Shown piece by piece: positions 46,092 through 57,346 of a stretch of DNA of 64,000 nt (the stretch's first letter is position 1; each line of letters begins with the position of its first letter). The DNA lies in the NCBI GenBank assembly GCA_000004985.1, contig GG738914.1, one strand, 5' to 3'. The notes below the pieces were generated by a model, which was given only the letters and a program-made list of their open reading frames with translations, made no database searches and was not told where the DNA came from. The translations under genes and the position numbers were made by a program. Source of the DNA: Naegleria gruberi. Lineage: Eukaryota.

Positions 46092-47438
46092 TTATTGTAT
46101 TGAACAGTTTTTCTTCTTATCCTCATCATTTGATTCCTCTGCTTCTGGAGGAACTGCTCCATTGATTTCTTCCAACATTTCTCGAATGTCCTTTGCTAGT
46201 TCTTCACGACCTTCCTTGAGAGTGAGTGGTTTGGTGAGTACTCTGAATTCCATTGGTCGATTTCCCATCAATATTTCATTACTCACTGGATCATTCCAAT
46301 CAAACATGCAAGGACTTGCTTGTTTTGAAAAGCTGTTAATTTCAATCATCCAAATCTTACTCACTGTACAATCACCAGTCTCATTCTTATCATACTCCAC
46401 TGATACATCCAATACGAAGTTCTCTGTAGTGCTCAATCGTTTGGAAACCTCTTGAGCTAGCTCTTCAATTCCCTTCTGAATCTGTTCCTTCAACGTTCCA
46501 TGTTGAATATCCTCCAAATAACAAGTTCTGAAATATTGAGTAATACCAGTCACTTGATGTTTCATTTCCTTTTCAAAATACTTGACAAACACTCGGAATT
46601 CATACTCTGGTCGTTTCATCTTTTTAAAAAGTCGAGCCACAAACTTTTGTCCAGGCAATTCACATTCTGGAGTTTTTTTCAGTTTTTCATCAATGAATAA
46701 GAGGGCTCTAAAAAGATCAGCATACATTCTCTCAGAGTGAATAACCAGATTCATGGCTTGCATTGCATTTTGGACACAGAGTTTGGCGTTGAGGGTTCTA
46801 ACGACAGCCAATGGTTCATTGTAGGTCAATTCTCTATTCGAATCTTGTGAATTCTTGACAAGTTCTTGTTTCAAATGTTCCATAAACGATTCTCTGTGTT
46901 TGAGACAACCATCTTTTGGAGATCTTGTGGATGCACGTACGAAATATCCATTATTTCTATATTCACAATCGGAAGGCATAGATTCAAAAGTTTCGTGTAA
47001 ATTTAAAGCAAGTTGTTGAATGAGAGTTGCATCCTTTTGTGTGAAAATCTTTTGTTTACGCAAGTTTGGTTCATAATTTTCCAAATCAACTTCACTTCCT
47101 TCATTAGAAACACTTTCGAATAAATAAAAATTCTCAACAATATTCGAAGGCTCACAATTAGCAAATCTTTTCATCAATTTAACTTTAGCTCCCTTCAAAT
47201 AATAATACACCTTCTCCTCATCCAAATCTGTCCTATTCGAAAGCTCTGGAATTAATTGTCTCGGATATTTGTGAAAAATTTCATACAAGTGAACAACTGC
47301 ATTTGCTTGTTCGATTGTGATTGGCATGAATTTAGTGACAAAAGTCAGTGGGTTGCCATCAAAGCAACAATCATACCAATCCTCCACCCGAAAATCGTAG
47401 AATTTCTTGTGTGATGATGGACTTTCTTGTGATGACAT
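46092..47438 (-). CDS. cell division cycle protein 123 (CDC123/D123 family)
   Basis: ATG at 47438. Family motifs are present: FRVEDWYDCCF, YFVRASTRSPKDG and EFRVFVKYFEKEM. Confidence 0.8.
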   Translation of the reverse strand: MSSQESPSSHKKFYDFRVEDWYDCCFDGNPLTFVTKFMPITIEQANAVVHLYEIFHKYPRQLIPELSNRTDLDEEKVYYYLKGAKVKLMKRFANCEPSNIVENFYLFESVSNEGSEVDLENYEPNLRKQKIFTQKDATLIQQLALNLHETFESMPSDCEYRNNGYFVRASTRSPKDGCLKHRESFMEHLKQELVKNSQDSNRELTYNEPLAVVRTLNAKLCVQNAMQAMNLVIHSERMYADLFRALLFIDEKLKKTPECELPGQKFVARLFKKMKRPEYEFRVFVKYFEKEMKHQVTGITQYFRTCYLEDIQHGTLKEQIQKGIEELAQEVSKRLSTTENFVLDVSVEYDKNETGDCTVSKIWMIEINSFSKQASPCMFDWNDPVSNEILMGNRPMEFRVLTKPLTLKEGREELAKDIREMLEEINGAVPPEAEESNDEDKKKNCSIQ

Positions 47439-47544
47439 TTTTTTTATTGATTGTAAAAGATCTCTAAAATGTTCACTTTTCTTAAACTATGAACTTGTTT
47501 AGAACTAGCAGTAACCTATTTCAAAGTTCAATTATTGTAAGGAA

Positions 47545-50026
47545 TTAACCAATTGTTTCATTATCAAATAATTTCTCTAATTCCCTTTGAAAATCTTTCA
47601 TTAAAATTGGTTTTTTTAATACCAAGTCGAATCCAGATTCTAGTAATGATTCATCACTCCCAAACATTTGCAGTTACTGCTACAATCTTGCATTTTCTCT
47701 CCTTCTCAATTGACCTAATGAGTTTGCAACATTCCTTTCCACAGATAATTGGCATTAGTAAGTCCAATAAGATTAAATCAAAATTCATTTCCTTTTTGAA
47801 TGTTTCTAAAGCTTCTAATCCATCACATGCTGTTTGAGAATTAAATCCAAGATTGTTTGTCATTTTCTGTAAAACTTTTCTATTGACTTGGTTGTCATCA
47901 ACAACAAGAACCTTTTTGGAATGAAAAATTGAATTAGAATTGGAAGGAGCAATTGATGTGAGTTTGGTTGATGAAATTTTAGAGTGGATTGTGGTAATAA
48001 AGTGTTCAATTCGAGTAGGTAGGTAAATGTCAGATGTTGACAATTGAGAGGAATGCCTGAGACTCGTAGAAATAATTATAGCATTCGTAGTGATTGGACT
48101 AAATGATTCAATAGTAAATATTTTTGAATTAGATGGGTAAAATATCAGAACTTTTGATTGTGGAAGGGTATTTGATTGGAAATATTTTGGAATATTTCCA
48201 ATAACATCATTTAGAGATTTCAAAGTATTAACTTTCATCGAATTTACATTTGGATAGATGGATCTACACAGTTGCTCTAAAGAATAGGATAAATTATCAT
48301 TCTCTTCTAGAATTAAAACTTGTCTGATTGAAAAGTTCTTAATTTCCTCAATTTCCTCAGAAATTCTTGAATCAATTTTCGCAATTTGAGACATGTTACA
48401 TTTCTTTAGAGGAATGTAGATTGTTACTTTGGTTCCAACTCCAATTTCACTCTCAAAATTGATTTTTCCATTCATTAGCTCAATGAATTGATTCGAAAGT
48501 GATAAACCAATTCCATGGCTTTCGTGGAATGAGCCTCTATTTTGATTAATAACAGAATAAGAGTAATACCTTTCAAAATCCATAGATGCACCATCAACAG
48601 TGTGAAATGGTCGGAATAAATTACGAATATCTTTTGTTGGTATTCCAATACCAGTATCCTGACAAGTTACTTTCAAACATATAAATTCCTCCGTATCAAT
48701 AATGCTCCTTCCCTCTAAGAATGGATAATCTTCATCTGTTTTATCACAAACTGTGCAATTCAACATAATACTTCCTTTTTTAGTGTATTTGACAGAATTA
48801 GAAACAAAGTTGAGCAAGATTTGTGACAATCTAACATGATCTCCTATCAAATATAGTGGAACCTTATTTAAATCAAGAACAGATTGCAGCATCAGTCCTT
48901 TTTCTTTGGCTAAATTTGTGAAAACTGACAATATTGAATCAGTCAATTCTAAAATATTAAATGGAAAGTTGTTGAGCTTAATTTTACCAAGTTCTAAGTT
49001 GCTAATCTGAAGATAGTTCGAAAATACATCCATGAAAATCTTGGAATTGCTTTCAATATCATGTAATAATTCTAATTGAGCCTTCAAGTCGTTTTGCAAC
49101 CTAGTGACAAACTTTCCAAAACTCTCTATTTTCAATCCCACCAAATTTTGTAAAGTTTCCGAAATCTTTTTCATATCTAGTTGCATTAATTCAACAGTAA
49201 CCAAAAGTCCATGTAATGGATTTCTCAACTCATGAGACAAATTGGAAATAAATTTCGTCTTGGATTTGTTCATTTCTTTTTGATTGTAAAGAGCAATTCT
49301 GGAATTAATGGTTTCATCGTATTGTTGTTCCACTAAATCTTCATATACAAATCCAATAAATATGGGAGTGCTGAATGCTATGATCGGTTCCAACAGTTTG
49401 ATTATTCTATCTCTGTTCGAATCCCAAATATGTTGAAATACGTAAGGTGTTTGCCTTTCTAGATGCGTTAAGGTAAAGAACTTGCCTCCATTTCCTAAAT
49501 GTTTCGAACTATACTCAAAAGCAAGGTACTGTGCAACAATATTCGAAATGAAAATAACCAGGAAGTTCAATATCAACATTTTCTTTCTAAAATAGGAAGT
49601 ATGAGTCAAGGTCAACAAGGCATACATATTTATCAACCAGATTGGAACTTCCCTTCCCAAATAAACCTGCATGGTCAATCTGACCATCGCATTTGCCACA
49701 GTTTTGGCTAAATACCCAAATTCCAAAGTATTCAAATGATTCAAATCTTTGCTCTTCAACACTGCTCTACCTGCAATTGCATTCACAATCAAATCAATCG
49801 CAACAAGTATCAAGAAATTCACTCTCTCAATAAAATTCTCAATCCAAAATGAACAAATCAGAAGAATCATGACGAAATATCCCAAAAAAACTGGAGCCAT
49901 TCGTTGTTGGACACTATTAATCTTCATTTTGAATTTGATATTGTCCATGCATCTTCCCTGTTGCTCCTGCTTAGCAAAAAGATTCGGAAGAATTTGAGAA
50001 AGCTGTTTGGCGTAGTAATTGACCAT
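47545..50026 (-). CDS. hybrid sensor histidine kinase (TM sensor region, HisKA, HATPase_c, receiver); frameshift near 47654-47672
   Basis: ATG at 50026. Several N-terminal TM helices. H-box is ISNLSHELRNPLHGLL. ATPase G-boxes are QDTGIGIP and GIGLSLSNQFIELMNGKINFESEIGVGTKVTIYIPL. Receiver is KVLVVDDNQVNRKVL...DLILLDLLMP...IVAVTANVW. The receiver C-terminus (SDESLLESGFDLVLKKPILMKDFQRELEKLF) lies in the +1 frame and runs to the stop at about 47545. Confidence 0.85.
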
Positions 50027-51403
50027 TTTTTTGTGATGTTGAGGAGATATTGAACATCATGATGAATTATTTACATATCATCCTACATCGTCTTCGGTTT
50101 TGATCCATATGATATAATTTTTTCTAAATATTCATAATCTCTTTGATGATGAACTTCATAAAGAAAGACTTAGTAGTATGGACGGCAGGTTATCTCATAA
50201 GGCCAGTTTTCATTAGGATAAAGAGATGAATGATGATGAAGTATTTTTTTAAAAAAATAAATATCCCTAATGACGGAAATAAGTGGTAGTTTGCAAAAAA
50301 TCGAGGGGTAAAATCAGGTACCACTATCTGAACAGTGGTTTTTATCAAATCCAGACCTGGCTTTTTGAAAAAGTGAGGGGTTGATTTGTAATAAATTGAG
50401 GACTTGAATTTTTTACAATCATAACCTAAACTTTTATTAAGAGTCAACTTAGCAGAATGGAATGGTTGGAAAAATGACCAAGACCAAATGAATCAACAAA
50501 TGAAAATGTGAGGTCTTTGAGGTTAGTAATTGGCTCCGTGAAAGTGTGAGTAAATTTCCCATCCACATAATTATCCAAAACAGCAAATACAGTATTGTTC
50601 TTCTCAATAAAACTTGTGATTATTACACTTCTAAAATATTAGTTGCAATTTAGCCATGAAACCACTTACTTTCCACTGCTAGTAAAAGCATATTGAGATT
50701 GATTTAAGTGAAAAATCCATTGATTTGACACTAGCAATGTTCCCTGAAACAGTCTTGACCACCAAATCTGAAAGGGATGTATTAATACGGAAATCCTAAA
50801 GATATCAATAAATTAATTAATTTAAATACTTACATGATTCTTATCTATTAGTCGTAGAATTAAATACCTTTACCATTTTGCCAAAGTTGAGCACATATTT
50901 CAACAGAGCATCTTTAGTTTTACATAATAAATGATCTTTGGGAAGCAATTCTCCTAATAATTTCAATAACAATCCAATCTTTGATGTTGCAATCTCGCAA
51001 AATACAATAATAAAGAGAATAATTGTTATTGCTGTAACAACATTCACCGCCTACCCCTTATACAATGATTCGTCAACAATACTACTACTATTGTCATTTA
51101 AATCAAATCATCCTCCCAATTCTCCAAAACTGAAACTCTCTTGCTCATGAAAAATTACTTCTTGTTGTCCAGATTTCAAATTTGATTCATCTATTCCAAT
51201 TTCAAATTTCCAGTTAATAATTGTTCCTTTGTTACATTTTTGCTAATATCTTCATAGTCTCTTTTACAACCTTCTTGATACGTTTTCGTTCTCTGTATGT
51301 TTTTGTGTATTGAATGTTTTTCTTCTTAACGCTTTTTGATTCATTTTTAATGTTTCATAAATGATAGACTTCTTAATTTAGAAATTCTTCTTTCCCAATA
51401 AAA

Positions 51404-51634
51404 GTGCTTTCTGTAGATGGTGTTGGAGCCAAGATTAGATTTGAAGAGGTTGTTATTTCAGATAAAATCAATGAAGTAGAACACCTTGACATTCAGTTGG
51501 TAGAGGATATTTGCTTGACTTTTCAAAATGAGTGTCTCTTCAGTGAAATCAAGGACAAGATCAAAGACTATTTGAGTTCAGCTTTGAAAAAGAGAAGAGT
51601 CGAATTGAAGTTGAATAGTGTTTGTGACTTGTAA
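51404..51634 (+). CDS. possible small ORF or exon (76 aa), unassigned
   Basis: It is open upstream of its GTG and has no ATG. It sits in an otherwise ORF-poor 2.4-kb interval. Weak. Confidence 0.2.
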   Translation: MLSVDGVGAKIRFEEVVISDKINEVEHLDIQLVEDICLTFQNECLFSEIKDKIKDYLSSALKKRRVELKLNSVCDL

Positions 51635-52495
51635 ATTGGTGTGATGAGTGTGATGTGACAATTCTAAAAATTGAATAAACCAAATTTGTGTGCTATGGTG
51701 TGTTAGCCATTTAGGAATTGAATTTTGGTGGTCTGTTGTTTTTCGGAATGAGGTAGTTGTTTTTCAAAAGTAGCCGCCCTCTATTCTTTTTTCGAAAAAT
51801 CAACTCCCGAATTTAATAAAACTTAATAGTTAAATACAGGGTACAATTTATGAAAAACACCAACCCTGTTGTTTAGCTGTGTGATTCTGATGAAATGTGG
51901 TAGATGATTTGTGTCAAAGTAGGACCTAAATTCATTTTTTTTTTGCTCAGGTTGGTGGTTTTTTGCAGTTCAGGGGTAAATCCCGTCATTAGGGATTTTA
52001 AAAAAAATCTATTAAATAGATTAACAACATATGATATTGGAATTAATTTTCATCCGAACATTCAACAAGAAAGCATAGGTCATGCTAACAACAATATTGC
52101 TGGAAATTTTTGTTAATTATTTTTCATAAATAATAAATCTATTCAATTTTCATCAAACTTACCAATTTCAAATAATCTCATACTGATATTATAATAACAT
52201 TTAATTGGCATGAATCTCAGTAGGCACCATATTTTACCTTGCCTTCCAAAAACAATGTTTACCGCCAAAAAAAATGAATATAATCTACAGCACACGACAA
52301 CACATTACAAGCCTAGGGGCATCTGTTCTGGGCCAATTCAATGATAATCGGTGATGGGTGAATGATTGCAAGCAGGACAATGGAGAGTGACTGAAAAACA
52401 ACCCAAGCATTTACCAAATTAAAAAGAAATTCCAACACAATAAGCCGTACTCCCTCTACGGCTCCTCTCCTTGTTGAAATTCGCATTTGTTTGTC

Positions 52496-54412
52496 ATGAT
52501 GGTGATGTTGATGGATTGGCTGCTAGACTGGTTTCATCAGCAATACATGAATCAATTTAAAGTTCCATCATCTTCCCTCTCGAATATCAATCTTCCCTCT
52601 AATTTTAATAATTACTATGAACTATTTGCTTCATCACAACAACAACAATATAATTCATCGAATAATGATGGTATTCAAGTGAATGGAACAAGATGCCATC
52701 CAATACTATTCAATTCTGGAGGTATTTCTATGGAACCTGAGAATCCAAAGTTCGAATATGGAATTTGTCCTGATACTATTTTCACAGTTATCTTTACAGG
52801 CATTACATTGGCCTTCTCTCTTGGCTTTCTAATATTTGGATTGATTGGAATTATTAAAAAACGAAAGAGTGGACACATCAAGGCAAGAAATCCAATTCTA
52901 ATGGTTTCAACCTTGGTGGCAAGCTTTTCGTTTGTTCTCATTTCGACGTTGAGGTACTTAGTTGGGAGAAAGATATTCCCGTGTGCATTGTTTGCATTGA
53001 CTTTCTTCATTATTGTTCCACTTATTATTATTCCAACTCTATTGAGATCTGTTAGATTGTATTGCATGTTTAAATTGAACATGATAAAGGTTGGAAATAA
53101 GAGAATGTCAACTAGTAGTGTTCCAACAAACTTGGCAATGAATACTTCACAAGTATCAGCAACAGCTTTAAGACTAGATCTCAACAAAGTGGAACCTGTA
53201 ACAACAACAACAGACCAACAAACAGCACAAATGCAACAATCAGATTTTGCATCACCTGCAGATTCTTCAACAACAACAGATCAGACAACACAACTGCAAC
53301 AATCAGAAACACCGACAAGTGGAAATGATTCACCTCAACCTGCTCAACAACAAACTTCCACTACACCACGTTCAGTCAAATTTCAGGAAGCAAAATCATC
53401 CAACATTGATACAGTGGAACCTTATGATTCTTGGAATGAAGTTTCGGATATTGATATTTTATCTGACATTGCTTCAGATTATGCCCCTCATATGATGGAA
53501 GAGGCAGATTTGAAGAAAATCAGAATATTGACCTTTCTTACTAGTAACAAATTTATTGTAATCACTTATGCTGTTCTCATTCCTATTCATCTTGCCTTTT
53601 GGCTTGTATTAGGAGGTATTGAGGAAGGAATATTTGAAAGAGATCCCACTCAGAAGAGAGTCTTTTTAGAAGATGGAGGATTACTCATGTTCTCACACGG
53701 TTGCATTACAAATTACAAAACTGTAATCATTATTGTTGTACAGGCTGTTCTCTACATACTGGCTGAGATTATTTTACTGATTTTTTGCGTATTTGCAGAT
53801 AGAGATACATGGAAAATCAAAATAGAAACATTCGTGGTAGTGATATTCCAATTTACCTTTACAGTTTTGTTTGGTTGTGAACAAATTAGTGTTATTTATA
53901 CTCTCATTGAATTCATCTTCCCCTCAGGAAACGTTATGGCGACTGCCACTGTAATTGAAGTATTTATTAGTGTAATTTTACCACTCATCTATTCCATCAT
54001 TAGAGATGAGCGAGCAAAGAAGTATAGTGGTGAATCTGATTTAGAAAAGGTTTTGAAAAACAAGCGAATGTTCGCCAAATTATTGGAATTTTCAAGAAAA
54101 TCATACTGTCCAGAGAATATTCTCTGCTTTAAAGATATTCAAATTTACAAACGATTGAAACAACCTGGAAAGAAAAAGATGGCAGACTATATCTGCCAAA
54201 CTTATTTGCGTCAATTTGCTCCTCTAGAATTGAACATGCCTCACTCTGAAACAAGATATGATGATATTATGGGAAAGTTGGAAAGAAAGGAAACTTTGGA
54301 AAAGAACTTATTTGATTATTTGAGTGTAACATGTCTCAACAATATGCAAGATGTATTTGAGAGATTGAAAGAAACCGATTCATCAGTTAAAGATTTTATC
54401 AATACAAAGTAA
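52496..54412 (+). CDS. 7-transmembrane receptor-like protein with C-terminal RGS domain (7TM-RGS), paralog A
   Basis: First ATG at 52496. Seven predicted TM helices, with a long Thr/Gln-rich loop between TM3 and TM4. The C-terminal RGS box is KLLEFSRKSYCPENILCFKDIQIYKRL...YLRQFAPLELNMPHSETRYDDI. Confidence 0.8.
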   Translation: MMVMLMDWLLDWFHQQYMNQFKVPSSSLSNINLPSNFNNYYELFASSQQQQYNSSNNDGIQVNGTRCHPILFNSGGISMEPENPKFEYGICPDTIFTVIFTGITLAFSLGFLIFGLIGIIKKRKSGHIKARNPILMVSTLVASFSFVLISTLRYLVGRKIFPCALFALTFFIIVPLIIIPTLLRSVRLYCMFKLNMIKVGNKRMSTSSVPTNLAMNTSQVSATALRLDLNKVEPVTTTTDQQTAQMQQSDFASPADSSTTTDQTTQLQQSETPTSGNDSPQPAQQQTSTTPRSVKFQEAKSSNIDTVEPYDSWNEVSDIDILSDIASDYAPHMMEEADLKKIRILTFLTSNKFIVITYAVLIPIHLAFWLVLGGIEEGIFERDPTQKRVFLEDGGLLMFSHGCITNYKTVIIIVVQAVLYILAEIILLIFCVFADRDTWKIKIETFVVVIFQFTFTVLFGCEQISVIYTLIEFIFPSGNVMATATVIEVFISVILPLIYSIIRDERAKKYSGESDLEKVLKNKRMFAKLLEFSRKSYCPENILCFKDIQIYKRLKQPGKKKMADYICQTYLRQFAPLELNMPHSETRYDDIMGKLERKETLEKNLFDYLSVTCLNNMQDVFERLKETDSSVKDFINTK

Positions 54413-54425
54413 GACGAAACACAGT

Positions 54426-54848
54426 TTACTTTTTGAGAATATGATCTTGCATTGCAGAGGCAATTCTTCTAGCCTTACTCAATGCAATGAATCCATGACT
54501 AATTTCAATAGAGGATGAATTATTCATTATCAAACTAATGATACCACCATTCTCACCATTAACTGTAGAAGAAGTGTCAACTGCAACTGTTACATCTTTA
54601 ATGTCAGCCAAATTATATTCCTCAGTAGATTCTCCACAACTTCCAAAAATACTTCCATAATTATGAACAACCAATAATTGTTGTTCCTCATCAATGGAAT
54701 AGTCGGTTGATGTTTGTTTGAGAGCAATGCAAAGGAATGGACATCCAATGCATGGACAAATAAAACAACAGACACATCCAACCATTCCAAAAATATTGGC
54801 CATAGTGTTTGGCTCGGCTTTGATGAAGAAGTTATTGTTGTTTGACAT
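54426..54848 (-). CDS. small Cys-cluster membrane protein (140 aa), hypothetical
   Basis: ORF with ATG at 54848 (MSNNNNFFIKAEP). Contains a hydrophobic Cys cluster GMVGCVCCFICPCIGCPFLCIAL. Confidence 0.4.
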   Translation of the reverse strand: MSNNNNFFIKAEPNTMANIFGMVGCVCCFICPCIGCPFLCIALKQTSTDYSIDEEQQLLVVHNYGSIFGSCGESTEEYNLADIKDVTVAVDTSSTVNGENGGIISLIMNNSSSIEISHGFIALSKARRIASAMQDHILKK

Positions 54849-55109
54849 TTTTTTTGATTTTTGGTTGTTGATGAACTTTTGTGGCTATTTCAATCATTGC
54901 GCATGGAACTTTATTCGAAAGGGCACTTTGCTGACAAAACGTGTTCTTCACATATTGTTCAAGTCTTCTTTGAAAATATCCAAACAATCCTATTTTTTGA
55001 TCAATTTTTGTAAACATTTGAAAAACATCACAATTTATCTAATTTCCATAATTGACAAATTTCCAAATCCAAAAGGCATTAGCAAATTGAAAAATTCCAT
55101 CTTTAAAAA

Positions 55110-55685
55110 ATGTACACTCCTTCCATCACTGAAACCATCGAAAATCCACCACCAACATCAAAACCAATTAGTGGTGGAAGCAATGCAACCTTCGAACCAT
55201 CATCTTCAACACCCTTCTCACCAACTGAACATGCAGTACAATTACAATATCCTCCACCAGAATCAAAATCAAATCCTAGTGATACTTATATAAGTGAACA
55301 GGTTCCTGTTTCGAAACCTGTTACTGCACTCATTGAGCCACCAGAATTAAAACCAGCAGTGGCTGCATCTGGTCAACCATCAAGTAATTCACCTCCCAAG
55401 ACAGATATCAAAGATCCAAAAAGTTTACATCTTCCACATCTTCATGTACCTTCAATGTTTCATGATAAATCTGATCCTATTCATAAGGTTAATGAATATG
55501 ATGTTGATGGAATAAGGCAGAGAAGGCTTATTTATGGAGCTGTATTGGATCGCTTTGTTTATGTCTGTTTGGATGTTGGTGCATTCCTTGGATACCTTTC
55601 GTATTTGTCCATACGAAATATTCCAGAGCAACAAGTGCTAGAGCTAGAAGATATTCTCAGTTGGCTAAAATTACTTGGATTGTAA
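55110..55685 (+). CDS. Pro/Ser-rich protein with C-terminal TM segment, hypothetical
   Basis: ATG at 55110. The N-terminus is Pro/Ser-rich and low complexity. The C-terminus has a hydrophobic segment VYVCLDVGAFLGYLSYLSI. Confidence 0.4.
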   Translation: MYTPSITETIENPPPTSKPISGGSNATFEPSSSTPFSPTEHAVQLQYPPPESKSNPSDTYISEQVPVSKPVTALIEPPELKPAVAASGQPSSNSPPKTDIKDPKSLHLPHLHVPSMFHDKSDPIHKVNEYDVDGIRQRRLIYGAVLDRFVYVCLDVGAFLGYLSYLSIRNIPEQQVLELEDILSWLKLLGL

Positions 55686-55811
55686 TTTTGATATCCTTGT
55701 TGAGTGTTTTATTGTTGGGTATTCTAGTTGCAATTGTTGTGCCTTCAGTTTATTCTGTTCGTCATCAAAAAATTTAACATTTGATTCGAATAAAAATTTT
55801 ATTGTAAAGTG

Positions 55812-56384
55812 TTATCTGTTAAAAATTCCAATTGAAAATAGAACAATTAACACAATCATTACAGCAACCAAGAACATGAATACATTCGAAAATAATACCC
55901 CAATTGCAATCCATCGACATCTCTCCGAAAATGCATAAACACGTGGACTTTCGGTTGGATTCGATCTAAATCTAAAATAAACTACACTAAATGGAATAAA
56001 AGCCAATGGAACCATGCAAAACATTGCCAAAATTATGGAAATCAAAATTGCTAAATGATAACTCGATCTTGCATTGTTTCCTTCCACATCAATCACTTGT
56101 CCTTTTCCTGTTGGTTTTTGAATGACTGGTGGTGGTTGTGTTATTTGGGATTTGGAAGGAATTTGTAATTCTGCATCTGCTGGTTTTATTTCTTCTTTGG
56201 TTGTGGGGGTTGAGATTTCTTTGGCATTAAGAGATTCTTCACTTTTATTCGAAAGATTTTCTGCTGGCAAACTTCCATTCGAAGCTTTGGCTGGAGTTTC
56301 CTTTATGGCAGTTTCTGCAATTACTTTAATTTGCAGAGGTGAAAGTTGAGCGAATTGTTCAGGATTCAAAACTACGGTCGTCAT
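55812..56384 (-). CDS. CD225/dispanin-like two-TM protein with Pro-rich N-terminus (tentative)
   Basis: ATG at 56384. The C-terminus SYHLAILISIILAMFCMVPLAFIPFSVVYFRFRS...RWIAIGVLFSNVFMFLVAVMIVLIV resembles the CD225/IFITM two-helix pattern. Confidence 0.4.
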   Translation of the reverse strand: MTTVVLNPEQFAQLSPLQIKVIAETAIKETPAKASNGSLPAENLSNKSEESLNAKEISTPTTKEEIKPADAELQIPSKSQITQPPPVIQKPTGKGQVIDVEGNNARSSYHLAILISIILAMFCMVPLAFIPFSVVYFRFRSNPTESPRVYAFSERCRWIAIGVLFSNVFMFLVAVMIVLIVLFSIGIFNR

Positions 56385-56801
56385 GAGTTTCGAATAGTTT
56401 CAATTTTTTTTATTGTTGATTTCGTCGGTATGCAAATCTGGTGTGAAGGTAAAAGGAAATGTTCTTTTTGTAAATTTTCTTACAATGGAAATCGATCATG
56501 AGTGCAGGAGGATTCTGTCGCTGATGCTAAACTTTCAATTTGTGTAGAAACTCCTTTCGAATTGTTATCCTAAACTTTTTGTATCGAGCATGATCTTTCT
56601 TGAACCTTAATCTCAATCATTCAACATCTTTGTTAACGGTTTCAATAGTTTCCTTATTAATCTTTCAATATATTTGAAGTTTCCAATAACAAACAATGTT
56701 TACAATATCTAATTAGAAACCTAAGGAGTCAATTTTTTTAATGTGCTTCCACTCCTAGCAGAACTTTCAGAATCTCCGGTAAATTATGTAATCAGAACAT
56801 C

Positions 56802-56851
56802 NNNNNNNNNNNNNNNNNNNNNNNNNNNNNNNNNNNNNNNNNNNNNNNNNN
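56802..56851. other. assembly gap (50 N)
   Basis: Run of N. It truncates the 5' part of the downstream lipase gene. Confidence 1.
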
Positions 56852-57275
56852 CGGTTTATTAGACAAGTTGACTTTTGACAGAGTCATTTTCACAGGACAT
56901 TCTCAAGGAGGTGCCGTCGCCATGCTATCCATCTATGATTTCCTCTTACACTATCCTAAATACTCCTCCAAAATTGAGTTAATCACTTTTGGTCAACCAA
57001 GAGTAGGTCAATCAAACTTTATCGAAAAATTCAAACAAATTCTTTCCCCGCCAAAATATACTCGTCTCGTTACAATTTTTGTAAATAAAGACGCAAAAGG
57101 AAATGGAAAAAGCGTTGGTGAAGATTTGGTCTCTCAAGTTCCGCCGCCATTTCTTGGATTTAAACACGCGGGAAGTAAGGTAAATGTTGTGTGCACTGCG
57201 TTGAGTATTACAAAGTGTCATGATATGAATACTTATTTGGATGGTGTTAAGGCTGGAAAATATGTTGAGAATTGA
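56852..57275 (+). CDS. class-3 (fungal-type) lipase, C-terminal fragment (5' end lost in gap)
   Basis: DRVIFTGHSQGGAVAMLS is a GHSxGG nucleophile elbow of Lipase_3. ITFGQPRVGQSNF matches the conserved GxPRVGN block. Confidence 0.7.
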
Positions 57276-57346
57276 GTTGTTTGAATTAATTTTTGAAAAT
57301 ATACGAAAGGTCTGTAATAAAAATTAATTTAAATTTTTCAAAAAAA

